NCBI GenBank assembly: GCA_028534125.1
Contig: CM052817.1
Location: forward strand, 48,424,001 to 48,488,000
DNA: 64,000 nucleotides
Reading direction: 5' to 3'
From: Lama glama
Taxonomy: Eukaryota
The position numbers were made by a program, and so were the translations under genes. The notes under the pieces were generated by a model that did not search any database, was not told the origin of the DNA, and saw nothing but the letters and a program-made list of their open reading frames with translations. This document shows, piece by piece, positions 1-12,225 of the stretch (its first letter is position 1; each line of letters starts with the position of its first letter).

Positions 1-149
1 AAATACCAAAGCATGTACACAAAAGTCCTCAGTAATGACTGCAAGCTTTAATAGTAACAATGTGTGACCAAAAGTATATATCTCACATGGCATGTTAAGA
101 TATTTGATGCAAATATTCAAAAACATTTTCAATAACATAAAGTATGCAG

Positions 150-660
150 CCCTTCCACCCCACTCTCCTCAGAAGAAAGCTGTATATCGAAGAATTTCAG
201 GAGAAATAGCTTGTGTATCGTTCCAGAGAGTCTCTGTCCATATGTCCATACAAGCATAAAAATGCTTGTGCCTGTTTGTTTGTTTTTACACAATTGTTGC
301 ACACTATAGTATACTAAATAATGTTTTTCACTTAATATATCCAGGAGATTGTTGTATATTAAGGTAGAAGTAGTTCTATTTTACTCTTTTTAAAAACTGA
401 ACAGTATTTCCTTATACAGATATAAAATATTTTTAATCAATCACCTATTGATAAACACTTAGGTTGTTTCCAGTCATTTCTCACTTCACACAACGCTACA
501 GTAAATATCCTCGTATTATGAAACATAAATTCTTAGAAGTAAAATTGCTGTGCTAAAGAGCATATACATTTTAAAGTTTTATATAAGGCTTATTTTTCCC
601 CCCAAATAAGGTGTACACTTTTAAAGTCCCATTAACAATGTTTGAGAGTAGCCATATACT
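150..660 (-). mobile_element. Old L1 (L1ME-like) 3' fragment
   Basis: Degenerate antisense L1 motifs such as 'cacctattgataaacacttaggttgtttccag' and 'aattgctgtgctaaagag'. Confidence 0.65.
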
Positions 661-1704
661 TTTTCAGTCTTAGAGGACAGGGATTCAACTGCTAGTTTCT
701 CTTGTACCGCTCCCAACACAGCATCATAACTATATGAGAATTTACAGCTTTCTGATTAGAATGTGATTGTGATTGACATTTCATAGCATTACCCTGAGGT
801 CTTATCTTTCCAAATAAATATCCAGGATTCAGGTTTGTTTACCCCAGTCCTCTTACTCATATTTGAAGGCCATTCTATTTCTAGAGCCAGACAGGATGGT
901 TTGACAAGTAAATAATTGAGCCTTAAGGGAAATATGAATACACATCCCTTATAATCAGTCATCCAATTTGATCTACCTTTTGTAAATTTCAAAAGCATCA
1001 TTTCTTTCTTCTTTGAGACCCTAAAGAATAGATTAGGCCCCACTATGATATCTACATTTATTCCCATAAACCATTTCTTACCATCTCAACATAGCTACAC
1101 CCATCATTACCATTAACTTTAACCCTTTATTGTTCAGTCCAACTCTCAACAAACTTGGTATTTTCTAAGTTGGACTCAAGAATTTTAAGGCTGAAGGAAT
1201 TGGGGTGATTTATAGAGAACTCAAAACAAGGGTACACTAGTAAGGTTAGAATAGATATCTGTGTGTTTTGACATAGAAAAACATGTCGATATATTCAAAA
1301 TTAGAAGCAAACTAACATCCACTTATTTGTGTCAATGATGCCATACCTTCAGTTAAGTGACTTACTCTGATCACCCCACTAATTAAATGTCAGAAGTGGA
1401 ATTCAACAACAATCCATTATCTTGCACAAGTTACTTAACGTTACCAAGCCTCAGCTTTCTCATCTATAAAATGGGAATAATAACACCTATTGAACACTTA
1501 CTATTGAATTCTGTGGTAAGAACTCCACCAATATTAGTTCTCTTTATTCTACCTCTAGGTACCAATCTGTCATTCACATCAATAGCTCCTTCTATTGGTC
1601 TAAGTTCAAAATGAGAGATCAGGGACTTGATAAACACTTGTTAATTGATAGTTCCAGTCAACTTCCGACTGAGAACTCCTACATTAGGATAGTAATCAAG
1701 ATGA

Positions 1705-1950
1705 TTAATATTAAGTAACACTTACTGCAGGCCTTGTACTGATGATTATTTTACATGCAATATCTCATTTAACCCCATAACTCTATGATGTACATGTTAT
1801 TACTTTATTTTCATGGGTAACAAAACTGAGGCTTAAAGTACTTAAATAATTTGCTCAAGCTTATAAAATTGATAAATCAAGGAGCCAGAATTTAAATCTA
1901 GGATTTAAATATTTAAAGCTCATTCTTTTATCCAGTACCCAACACTGCAT
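1705..1950 (-). mobile_element. MIR (one example; others near 6340-6560, 15660-15885, 23530-23790, 33050-33270, 37580-37810, 46590-46790, 48850-49060, 52600-52780)
   Basis: MIR core 'aaactgaggctt...aataatttgctcaag...ggagccagaatttaaa'. Confidence 0.7.
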
Positions 1951-2823
1951 GATGCTTACCCTTATCTTCTACCCAGTTATTTCTAACAATTTTCTTCCTT
2001 TATTATCGCAGTTTAATCAAGCCACTTATGAAACAATACAAGGCTAATTTATACTTAGAGTGTTATTAATAGGCACATTTTAAAAAACAATCTTCAGACT
2101 ACCTAATACCTCATACCTCTTCTAATTTATATGAATATTTAGTGCTGCCATTGGAAAAAATACAATTTTACCAGAGAGCATTTCCCCCAAAAGGGGGAAA
2201 AGCAAAACATGTTAGAAACTGTCAAAAAAAAAAAAAAACTGTCAAGGTCAAGTACAATGTATTCTAGAAATAATAAAGCTAAAGGCTAAAAGCCAAGAGT
2301 ACCAAAAAGACAATCTTGATTCAGAAAGTCAGCAATATAAATAAACATATCTATTTACATATCTCCCTTACAGCCTTTAAAAATCACTATTATTATAGGT
2401 GATACAGTTGCTGTTAATATTAGGAGAGTAAAAAACGTTTAGTATTGCTGGAAAGCAAGAAAGAACACCAAAAGCAGATCAGAAATTGAGGAAATCTGGT
2501 TAAGATGAAAAAGTTGATGTAATAAAGCGACAGAGAAAGTCTGAAAAAAACCTAGCCTAGAACATGCCCAGCAGAGGACTCGGTGAAGGTAAGAGTGGTT
2601 CCCGCTGTGCTCCAAGCTCAGAGTCTGGAGTACAGCAGAGGAAAAGGACTCTGAGAGATGCTTCAGGAATTATATGGGACGTTGATTTAGAGTCTTTGCA
2701 CAAGCAAATCCCAATACCCTGCTCTGCCAGTGGCCTTTTTCTGGGAAGTAGGCAAGAGGCAGCAGGTATTTAACATTATGCTAAAGCTCAGAGCTTTGAG
2801 GGCAAGGAGGTTCCTCTGTAGGC

Positions 2824-4230
2824 AGTTCAGTAAAATTAAAACTTCTGCTCTGTGAAAGACACTGTAAACCACAGACAAGGAGAAAATCTTTGCAAACCAT
2901 ACATCTGATAAAGGACTTGTATCCAAAATACACAAGAGGTTCTTAGAACTCAACAATAAGAAAACAATCCAATGAAGAAATGGGCAAAAGATATAAACAA
3001 ATCTCACTGAAGAAGATACACAGATGGCAAGTAAGTATATGAAAAGATGCTCAACATCATCTGTCATCAGGGAATTGCAAACTTAAACAATGAGATACTA
3101 CTGCACACCTATTAAAATGGCTACTATCCAAAACAACTGACAATACCAAAAGCTGATGAGGACGCAGAACAACATTCATGGCTGTTAGGAATGGAAAATG
3201 CAAAATGGCACAACCACTTTGGGAGACAGTTCAGCAGTTTGCTACTAAGTTAAACACAATCTTTCTATAGTCTAGCAATCCCACTCTTAGGTATTTACCC
3301 AATTGAGCTGAAAACCTGTGTCCACACAAAAACCTGCCAGTGAATGTTCATAGCAACTTCAATCATAGTTACCAAAACTAGAAGCAACCAAGATGCATTT
3401 CAATAGGTGAATCAATACACAAACTGTGGTATATCCATAAAATGGAATATTATGTTTAGTGATTAAGAAGAAATGAGCTATGGAGCCACACACAAAGAAA
3501 AGTGAAAAACAAAAACATGGAAGAAGCTTTAACTAAATGTTGTTAAGTAAAAGAATCTAGACTGAAAAGGCTACACAGTGTATGATTCTAAATACAAGGC
3601 ACTCTGGAAAAGCTACAGGACAGTAGAATAATTAGTGCCTGCCAGGGGTTTGGGGGGAAGGGAGGACAGATGACTAGGTATATTCCCAAGAAAACTGAAA
3701 TATGTGTCCACAAAAACGTGTACACTTATGTTCATAGCACCATTATACATAAGAGCCAAAAAGTAGAAGGAGCCCAGAAGTCCATCAACTGATGCATAGA
3801 TAAATAAAACATGGTATTATTTATACAGTGAACTATTATTCAGCCCTTAAAAGAGTGAAATACTGATACATGCTATTAACATGGTGAATCTTGAAAATAT
3901 TATCCTAAGAGAAAAAACTAAGACACAAAATATGTAGTATCACATATTTTATGATTCCATTTATATGAAATATCCAGAATAGACAACTCCATTGAAACAA
4001 AAAGTAGATCAGTAGTTGCCAGGGGCTGGAGAAGGAGAAATGAAAGGTGACTACTAATAATACAAATTTTAGGGGTGATGAAAATGATCTGGAATTAGAT
4101 AGTTGTGATGGTTGCCCAACTTTGTGAATATATTAAATACACTGAATTGAACACTTTAAAGAATGAATTCTATGGTATATGAATTACAGCTCAATTTAAA
4201 ATTTTTTTAATGTTTACTATTTAAAAAATA
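2824..4230 (+). mobile_element. L1 (L1MB/L1MC-like) ORF2 end and 3'UTR; two adjoining fragments with a junction near 3680
   Basis: 'gagaaaatctttgcaaaccatacatctgataaaggacttgtatcc', 'agcaatcccactcttaggtatttaccc', 'gtagatcagtagttgccagggg'; the 3'UTR block starts over after 3680. Confidence 0.85.
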
Positions 4231-4269
4231 GTCTCCCAATAATGTTCCTCACTTCCTCAATAAGTCAGT

Positions 4270-5345
4270 TTCTTTCATCCATTTATGCACTCTTGCATTC
4301 CTTCATCCAACTACCATATTCTGACTACCTACTATATTCTAAGTAGCACTGCTATAGTGAAAAAAACAGAATGATGTGACAGATAATGTGATGTGACAAG
4401 GCACTACAGTAGATTATGTGGTTAGAGAAGCTTCTCCAAGGCCAGAAAGACCAGAAGAAGGAATCAGCCATAGAACAATCTGGGGAAGAGGGAAGAGCAT
4501 TCCAGGTTTACAGGATAAACCAGCACAAAAGTGACTTTTTCAGGAAGAGGGGTAAAAAGGTAACTGTGACTAAGGTATCATGAATGATGGTAACAGTGGT
4601 ATAAGAAATTAGAAAGGCTTGTAGAACCATACTAGGTAAGATTTTAGAGGCCAAAGCATGGAATTTAGATTATTATTTTAAGCATAAATGGGAAGCCACT
4701 GGAGATTTCAAAAAAAAAAAAAACAGAAACAGAAGTATAATATGCCTTAATGTTCTAATCATTCCAGTTGCCATGTAAACAATGGACTGGGAAACAAATT
4801 TCTTCTGTATAGCACAGGGAACTATATTCAATATCTTGTAGTAGCCTATAATGAAAAAGAATATGAAAACAAACATACATATGTATATGTATGACTAAAA
4901 CATTATGCTGTACACCAGAAACTGACGTAACATTGTTAAATGATTATATTTCAATTAAAACAAAACAAAAAAAAGAATGGACTAGGAAGAGGGCAAAAGT
5001 GAAAACAGAGAAGCCAGTTAGGAAAGTACTACAAAGAAGACAGAATGATGGCTTGGACTAATGGGGATAGAAAGATGAAGCCAGATTCCAATATCTGTAG
5101 GAAGAACCAACAGGAGATTTCAGGATTTGTGGAGAGTGGTGAAGGAGAGAGAATCAAGAAGACTTCTAGGTTTTTAGCCTCAGGTAGGTAGAAAAGGGCC
5201 ATTTATTGAGATAGGTTTGGGGAGATGGGTTTTGGACATAATAACTTGAGATACCTATTAAACACCCAAATGAGTAAGTTAGGTAGGCAGTTGTACATAT
5301 ACATCTCAGGCTCAGAGGAAAGGTCAGACTGAGGGTAACTAATAA
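4270..5345 (-). mobile_element. L2 remnant
   Basis: Purine-rich antisense L2 motifs such as 'aatgggaagccactggagatttc', 'ccagttaggaaagtact' and 'ttgagatacctattaaacacccaaatg'. Confidence 0.7.
4794..4975 (+). mobile_element. 5'-truncated L1 3' end with A-tail and target-site duplication, inserted into an L2
   Basis: 'ctgtatagcacagggaactatattcaatatcttgta...tgctgtacaccagaaactgac'; TSD aatggact(g/a)ggaa at 4781-4793 and 4976-4988. Confidence 0.88.
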
Positions 5346-6646
5346 TCTAACCAGTGAGGACTAGTTGGGACAGTGCCAAAAGATGCAGTATATATCATTA
5401 AAATGAGTGTTTTATAAACTATGGGAAGTCCTATAGTAAAGAAAATCGTTTATGGTTTAGCTTAGCATTTCCCAAACATCTTTAGGCATGGGAACTTTTA
5501 TTCCACTTTTTAACATCTTGTTCTTTAACACAGAGTAGGGACCACCGCACTAGTACATTAAAATGCTAACTGAGTTACCTCCCAATTTTACAGCATACTC
5601 ACAGCACTTCAGTTTTATAAAGTCACTCAGTGACTTCATACAAGAACAGGTAGAGGGGTTGGTCAATTCACTATTTAATACCCCATAACATTTTATAATC
5701 TAATACTTTTAGAAAATAATAAAGCACTTCACAAGCAAAGGCCAATTAGTTTCTACCTCTGTGAAGTTATGTTAGGTATTATCTCATCTAGAGATGAAGA
5801 CACTAAAGTTTTATCACTTATCACTGATCACCCTTTGAGATTCTGAGTTGTATACAGGCTGTAGTTTCCTTTGCTCAGCACTAAATTCATTATTCCTGTC
5901 AGTACGTAGGTACTAGACCAAAGGAGATTTTAGGAAGTGCCCATAGTCGAATGTCTAGGTGATTTCCATGCAACAGCAGTAAATACACTTTCTGAATACT
6001 ATACAACGGGGACTGTCAGAAGGAAGAAACCAAAACTTGCACATACAGAGCTCAGAATGAGCATCAACCTGCAACTGAGTTGGCAGTAATTTCAAACATA
6101 CTGGTATTTCAACCAAGAAATACCTAGGGAGCTTAAACATCACTTCTTTTATAAAAACATTTCCTGACCTTCCATGAAAAACTGTCCATTCTCTAGTGTC
6201 TCACTGTAGCTTAAAGAACCTATAACATATATACATATACGTGTGTGTGTTCTCTTTTACATAGCTGTTGAACATGAAAGACTGTGTCCTCTTCATTTTT
6301 GTAACTACACTGACTAATATGATATCTGGCATACAGCAGAGGAAAGGGCAAAGGATTTGGAGTAAAGACCCAGTTTCATATCCTGTCTTTTAACTTATTA
6401 GCTGTGAAATCTTGGATAAATTATACAACTTCTTTAAGCTTAAAACTAAAAAACTAGACATGGTATCACCAATTTTACAGGACCATTATGACAATTAAAT
6501 GAATGAATACATTTAAAGCACCTTAGTTTTGAGGTAGCTATCACATAGCAAATGTGCAATATAGGAAATGACAGCTTAAAAATGTTCAGTGAATACTCAG
6601 GTATATGCACATACACACACATACACACACACATATATATAGATCC

Positions 6647-7005
6647 TGTCTTAGTCCATTCAGGCTGCTGTCACAAAATACCACAGACTAGGTGGCTTAT
6701 AAACAATAACAATTTATTTCTCCTTGTTTGGGGGACTGGAAGTCCAAGATCAGAGTGCCAGCACTGTCAGGTACAGTGAAGGCCCTCTTCCAGGTTTCTG
6801 AATGCCCACTTTTCAATGCATCCTCATATGGTGGAAGAGGCTAGGGAGTTCTGTGGGGTCTTTTTCACAAGGGCACTAATTCCAATAATGACGGTAGAGT
6901 CCTCATACCCTAATGACCTTCCAAAGGCCTCAACTCCTAATACCATCACACTGGGCATTAAGATTTCAGCTTACGGATTTGGGCAGACACATTCAGACCA
7001 CAGCA
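6647..7005. mobile_element. MaLR solo LTR (MLT1A-like)
   Basis: 'tgtcttagtccattcaggctgct...aaaataccacagactaggtggcttataaacaa' through 'acattcagaccacagca'. Confidence 0.85.
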
Positions 7006-7299
7006 ATCCTCCTGCCAGACTTCTCACTAACCCATAAAGGATCAGCTTAAAACATTACCTCCTCATGCTTACTGGATTATATTTTTCTCTCTCTCTCACT
7101 AGATTGTAGATTACTCAAGAATATGGATCATGTGTTATCCTTGAATCCCCAGTACCTAACACAGAACCTGGGACATAGCAGGTAATAATATTTACCATAG
7201 CAGTAATAAGTATTTACTATCTTTTTAAAAAAATATTTACTATCTTAAATAATGATACTGAAAATAGAGAAGTCTTTTTTTAAGCCTCTTTGTGTATAT

Positions 7300-10036
7300 A
7301 TATATTTTTTTAATTGAAGTTGAGTTGATTTACAATGCTTTGTTAGTTTCTGGTGCACAGCATAGTGATCCAATTATATATATTCTTTTTCATATTATTT
7401 TTCATTGTAATTAATTACAAGCTATTTAATATAGTTCCCTCTGCTATACACAGCAGGACCTTGTTACCTATTTTGTATATAGTAGTTTCTATCTGCTAAT
7501 CCCAAACTCCTAATTTATCCTTCCCACTTCCTTTTGTAACCATAAGTTTTCCAAATCTGTGAGTGTTTCTGTTTTGTAAGTAAGTTCATTTGTGTAATTT
7601 TTTTAGATTCCACACATAAATGATACATATTTATCTTTCTCTGTCTGACTTACTTCACTTAGTATGATAATCTCTAGGCCTACCCATGTTGCTGCAAATG
7701 GCATTATTTCATTATTTTTTATGGCTAAGTAGTAGTCCACATATCTTCTTTACCCAATCATCTGTCGATGGACATTTAGGTTGCTTCAGGGTCTTGGCTA
7801 TTGTAAAACAGTACTGCTATTAACACTGGGATGAGTGTATCTTTTTGAATTAGATTTTCCTCCAGACATATGCCCAGGAGTGGGATTGCTGGATCATATG
7901 GTAAGTCTATTTGTAGTTTTTTAAGGAATCTCCCTACTGATTTCCATAGTGGCTGCACCAAATCACATTCTCACCAACAGTATAGGAGGGTTCCCTTTTT
8001 TCCATACTCTCTGTAGCAATTATTTTTGACACTTTAATTATGTCTTGGTGTGTTCTTCTTTGTGTTAATCCTGTATGGGACTCTCTGTGCTTCCTGGACT
8101 TGGGTGACTTTTCTTCCCCAGGTTAGGGAAGTTTTCTGCTATTATCTCTTCGAATATTTTCTGGAGCCCTTTTTCTCTTTCTTCTCCTATAATGTGAATG
8201 TTGGTGCACTTTATACTGTCCCAGAGGTCTCTCAAACTGTCTGTCTTCATTTCTCCTCATTCTGTTTTCTGTTCTGCAGTAGTGATTTCCACTACTCTGT
8301 CTTCTAACTCACTGACCTGTTCTTCTGCCTCATTTAGTCTATTCTTGGTTCCCTCTAGTGTATTATTCATTGCAGTAATTGTATTCTTCTACTCTGTTTG
8401 TTCTGTATATTTTCTAACTCCTTGCTATAAACTTCCTTCTGTGCATCTATTCTCTGATCATCTTCACAATCATTACCCTGAACTCTTTCTTAGGTATGTT
8501 GCCTATCTCCTCATCACTTATTTCTTCTTCCAGGATTTTATCTTGTGCCTTTGCCTGGAAAATACTCCTCTGCTGCCTCATTTTGTCTAATTTCTATTTG
8601 CATTTTTATGTACGTTAGTTATGTTTCTCAACCTTGGAGAAGTGGCCCTCTGTAGGAGATGTACTATGTATCCCAGCAATGTACTCCCTGCTCGTCACCC
8701 AGGGGCCTGTGGCCAGCTGGTCCCAGGGTAGATTCTGGCCTATGTTTGAGGACTTGTTTTGCAGGTTGCAAGATCAAAGTTTAATAGCTTCTGATGTCTG
8801 CCCCCTGGTGGGTGAGGCTGGTCTAAAGGCTGACGCAAGCTTCCTGGTGGGAGGGGCTGGTACCTGTCCACTGATGGGTGGAGCTGGCCTTCTGGTGGGC
8901 AGGGCTGTCTAAGGGCATGTCTAGAGGCTGCTGTGGCGTCAGTGTTAGGCAGTGTCTGCTGATGGGTGGGGATATGTCCCCACCTAGTTAGTTGTTTGGC
9001 CTGAGGCATCCCAGCTCTGGAGCCTAAAGGTTGTTGGGTGGGGGCAAGTATCGGTGCTAATGTCCAAGCAAGATGTCAGCCTCCTTGAAGGAGAGTTCAT
9101 TCAGATGAACACTCTTGAACGTCCGCCACAGTGTCCATGCTCCCAGGGTGAGCCACAGCCAACCCACACCTCCCCAGGAGACCCCCAAACCCAGCATAGG
9201 GGTCAGGCCCAGGCTCCTATGAAATTACTGCTTTTGTCCTTGGTCTCAGCAAGCATGAGAATTTCTGTGTGATCCTTAGGCATACAGCCTCTGATTCCCC
9301 CAGTCCTACAGAGCTCCTGTAATCCAGCCCCACTGGCCTTCAAAGCTCAATACTCTGGGCACTCCTCTTCCTGGTGCCAGATTCCCAGGCTGGGGAGCCT
9401 GATATGGGACTCATATCTCTCATTCCTGTGGGAGAACCTCTATGATGTAATTATTCTCCAGTTTGCGGGTCACCCACCCAGGGGAATAGGGTATATTGCA
9501 AGTCCCCCCCCCACCAGTCTTCTTGCGGTTTCTCAAGTTTTTAGCTACCGAAGATCCTTTCTGGTAGTTTCCAGTCTTTATCGCTGGTTGTTCTGCAGTT
9601 AGTGTGGTCTTGGTGTGCCTGTGAGAGGAGGTGAACCCAGCTCCTTCTACTCCACCATCCTGAAAGCAAGTCTCAGCCTGCTTCCTCTCCAGCATTTATT
9701 ATTTGTATACTTTTTAATGATGGCCATTCTACCTTATTGTCATTTTGATTTGCATTTCTCTGATAATTAGTGATACTAAGCACCTTTTCATGTGCCTACT
9801 GAACATTTGTTTGTCTTCACTGGAGAAATGTCTGTTTAGGTCTTCTGCCCATTTTTTAATTGGGTTTTGTTTTTTTGTTACTGAGTTGTATGAGCTGTTT
9901 GTATATTCTGGAAGTTAAGCCCTTGTCAGTGGCATCATTTGCAAATATTTTCTCCTAGTCTGTAGGTTGTCTTTTCACTTTGTTTACGGTTTCCTTTGCT
10001 GTGCAAAAGCTTCTGAGTTTAATTAGGTCCCATTTG
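7300..10036 (-). mobile_element. L1 ORF2 C-terminus/3'UTR (7300-8024 and 9685-10036) interrupted by an L1 5'UTR + ORF1 N-half (8025-9684)
   Basis: ORF2-like peptides ([30 protein letters not shown]) flank an ORF1-like peptide (DSLRDLWDSIKCTNIHIIGEEREKGLQKIFEEIIAENFPNLGK) and a GC-richer 5'UTR. Confidence 0.88.
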
Positions 10037-11324
10037 AAGGAGAGAAAAATCTTGCTCTTATTGCAAGAAGCAGTTGCTTTACCAGAATTAAAGAAAAGGA
10101 TTGATCCATTATCTTTATTTGGTGCAACAAATCTAAAAGATTTTTAACTACAGCAAGAGAAGTAACAGATGGATTGGGAATATTTCCTACGCCTGACACC
10201 AAAATTTCATTTTCCATCTTAGGCCCTTTAGAGTCCTGCCCTATTACACCTTGGCTGAAAAATGGGTCATTCAAAGGAAGACATTTCACTTTAAGCAACT
10301 CTCCAATTGGGGGAGGGGAGGAGTAGAGAGAATGTAGATCTTATTTTTCATTTTATTTAGTTATTTTTGATAGGTTGCAGTTTCCTCCCATAGTTTAGAG
10401 TAATTTAACTATACTTTAAAAACTAATAGGCACTTCCGTGTAGTAATAGGATTTTTTCCCCCAAAGTAAAAGAACAGAATTTCCCCTGGCATTTAATTTA
10501 AAACTGCAGCTCATTATAAAGGGTGTAACAAAAGATCAAGTCTATAGTCTTGGTGGTAATGGTAACAGTACAATCTTCATATCAGATACAAATCTCAAGT
10601 TAACACCAGAGCAAAAGTTCACCTAAAATTCCTAGAGTCCATCATTTGCCTTCAAGTTTGAAGCAGTAACATGATAGATATCAATGCAATCGTGACATAG
10701 CAGTTTTATGGTCTAAATGCTCTGAAATTAAATTCTTAAAATAAAGCCAGCCTGACTAAGGAAAAAAAACCTAAAGTTAAAATCAGATGTAGCCTATTTA
10801 TCTCATATACTTTTAAGTGAACTTTCTTTTTTCATTGGATGCCTAGTCATCCCTAGAGAATTAATTCAGGGGTTATTTTTCCCTCAGGAAGCTTCACTGA
10901 TATTCTAAGCTATGTTGAGGACATCTTCTCTGTGTTCATACGTAACACTATAATATGTCTCTATTTTATAGGCACCACAAGAGTCTCAAAGGCAAGGACT
11001 GAATCAAGTCATCACTTCATCTCCAGAACCTAGCAGAGGTCTAGGTCAGAACAGATCCCTAATAAATGTTTGTTGAGATAAACTGATAAAGGATTCCAGG
11101 TCAAAAACATAAAGGTAAAGCAAATACTTTGCCATTTGCTAAATTTACATTCTCAGCTTATACAAACATGCCCAGTCATAAAAGATACAGAAGCACCGCA
11201 CATACTACAGATGCATAGTAGTACATGCATTATGTTTTAAACTAACATTACGGTACTTCAGTTGAACAAATGGAATCATCTAAGCACAAAATTACAGCAC
11301 AAGACTGTATAAGGATTTACATGA

Positions 11325-12225
11325 CACTGTCAGTTTAAACTTCAAGGACCCCCTATAGCAGGGTCCCTTCCAAGGTACTGGAATGAGTGCTGGTAATGTG
11401 TTCCCATGGTTGTGTGCTTTCACAAAAAATTGCAGAAGTAAGCTTGTTTTCACGAAAATTGCAAAGGTAAGCTAACTGCAATTGGTTAAGACTGCTGTCT
11501 CTGACTCCCCTCCAGCAAACTTCTTCCTTGGTCAGTGAGGTATTCTGGGTATTTGGCTAAAGGGAATTGAACTGAGGATATATTTAGTTTAGATTTCAGA
11601 GGACACACGCAGTTCACAATCACTTCCATGTATGATTAGATGATTGCCAGTCTCAGTATAGGAATTACTTCCAGGAGTATCCCTACCACCCAAGCACTGC
11701 CTTACCTGATCATTTGTACTAATGCGCAGGACCAGCATCACCTGGATATGAGCTCCACAGGGTATTGGCACCAATGTAAGAACAGTGTTTCATATATGGA
11801 AGAAACTTAATGAAAATTTCTCCAGATTTGACAACAACCTTAAAATATTCCATGACATTATCAGTAAAATGAGCTGGGAATGTGAATATGTCTACTATCA
11901 GTAATAATAAACACATTTTGATCAGCCAAGCTAGAGGAAAAAGTAAATAATCTTTCTATTCTATTAAAAACTATCATCCCATTTTACAAATTTTTGACAT
12001 AAGAAGTGGACAAAAAGTATGGAGCTAAAAATATAAATTAAAAAATATTAAGGGATATCAGGCTTAATTGCATATTATTATTAATTTGACTTTACATTAT
12101 TGTAATCTATTGTAACTTTTTCTCATTCTAAAATTTACTTTGTTACCTAATTTTATATTCATAACTTTTTATTCATTTTCTCAAGAAAGGTCCTGCAAAA
12201 ATTGGATTAGTCTCTACCCACTTGA
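11325..12225 (+). mobile_element. hAT-Tip100 (Zaphod-like) DNA transposon fossil
   Basis: Terminal region 'cagggtcccttccaagg...aatgtgttcccatgg...aaaattgcaaaggtaag' and a degenerate hAT C-terminal motif (..LEEK.NNLSIL..) near 11930. Family assignment is from memory. Confidence 0.55.
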
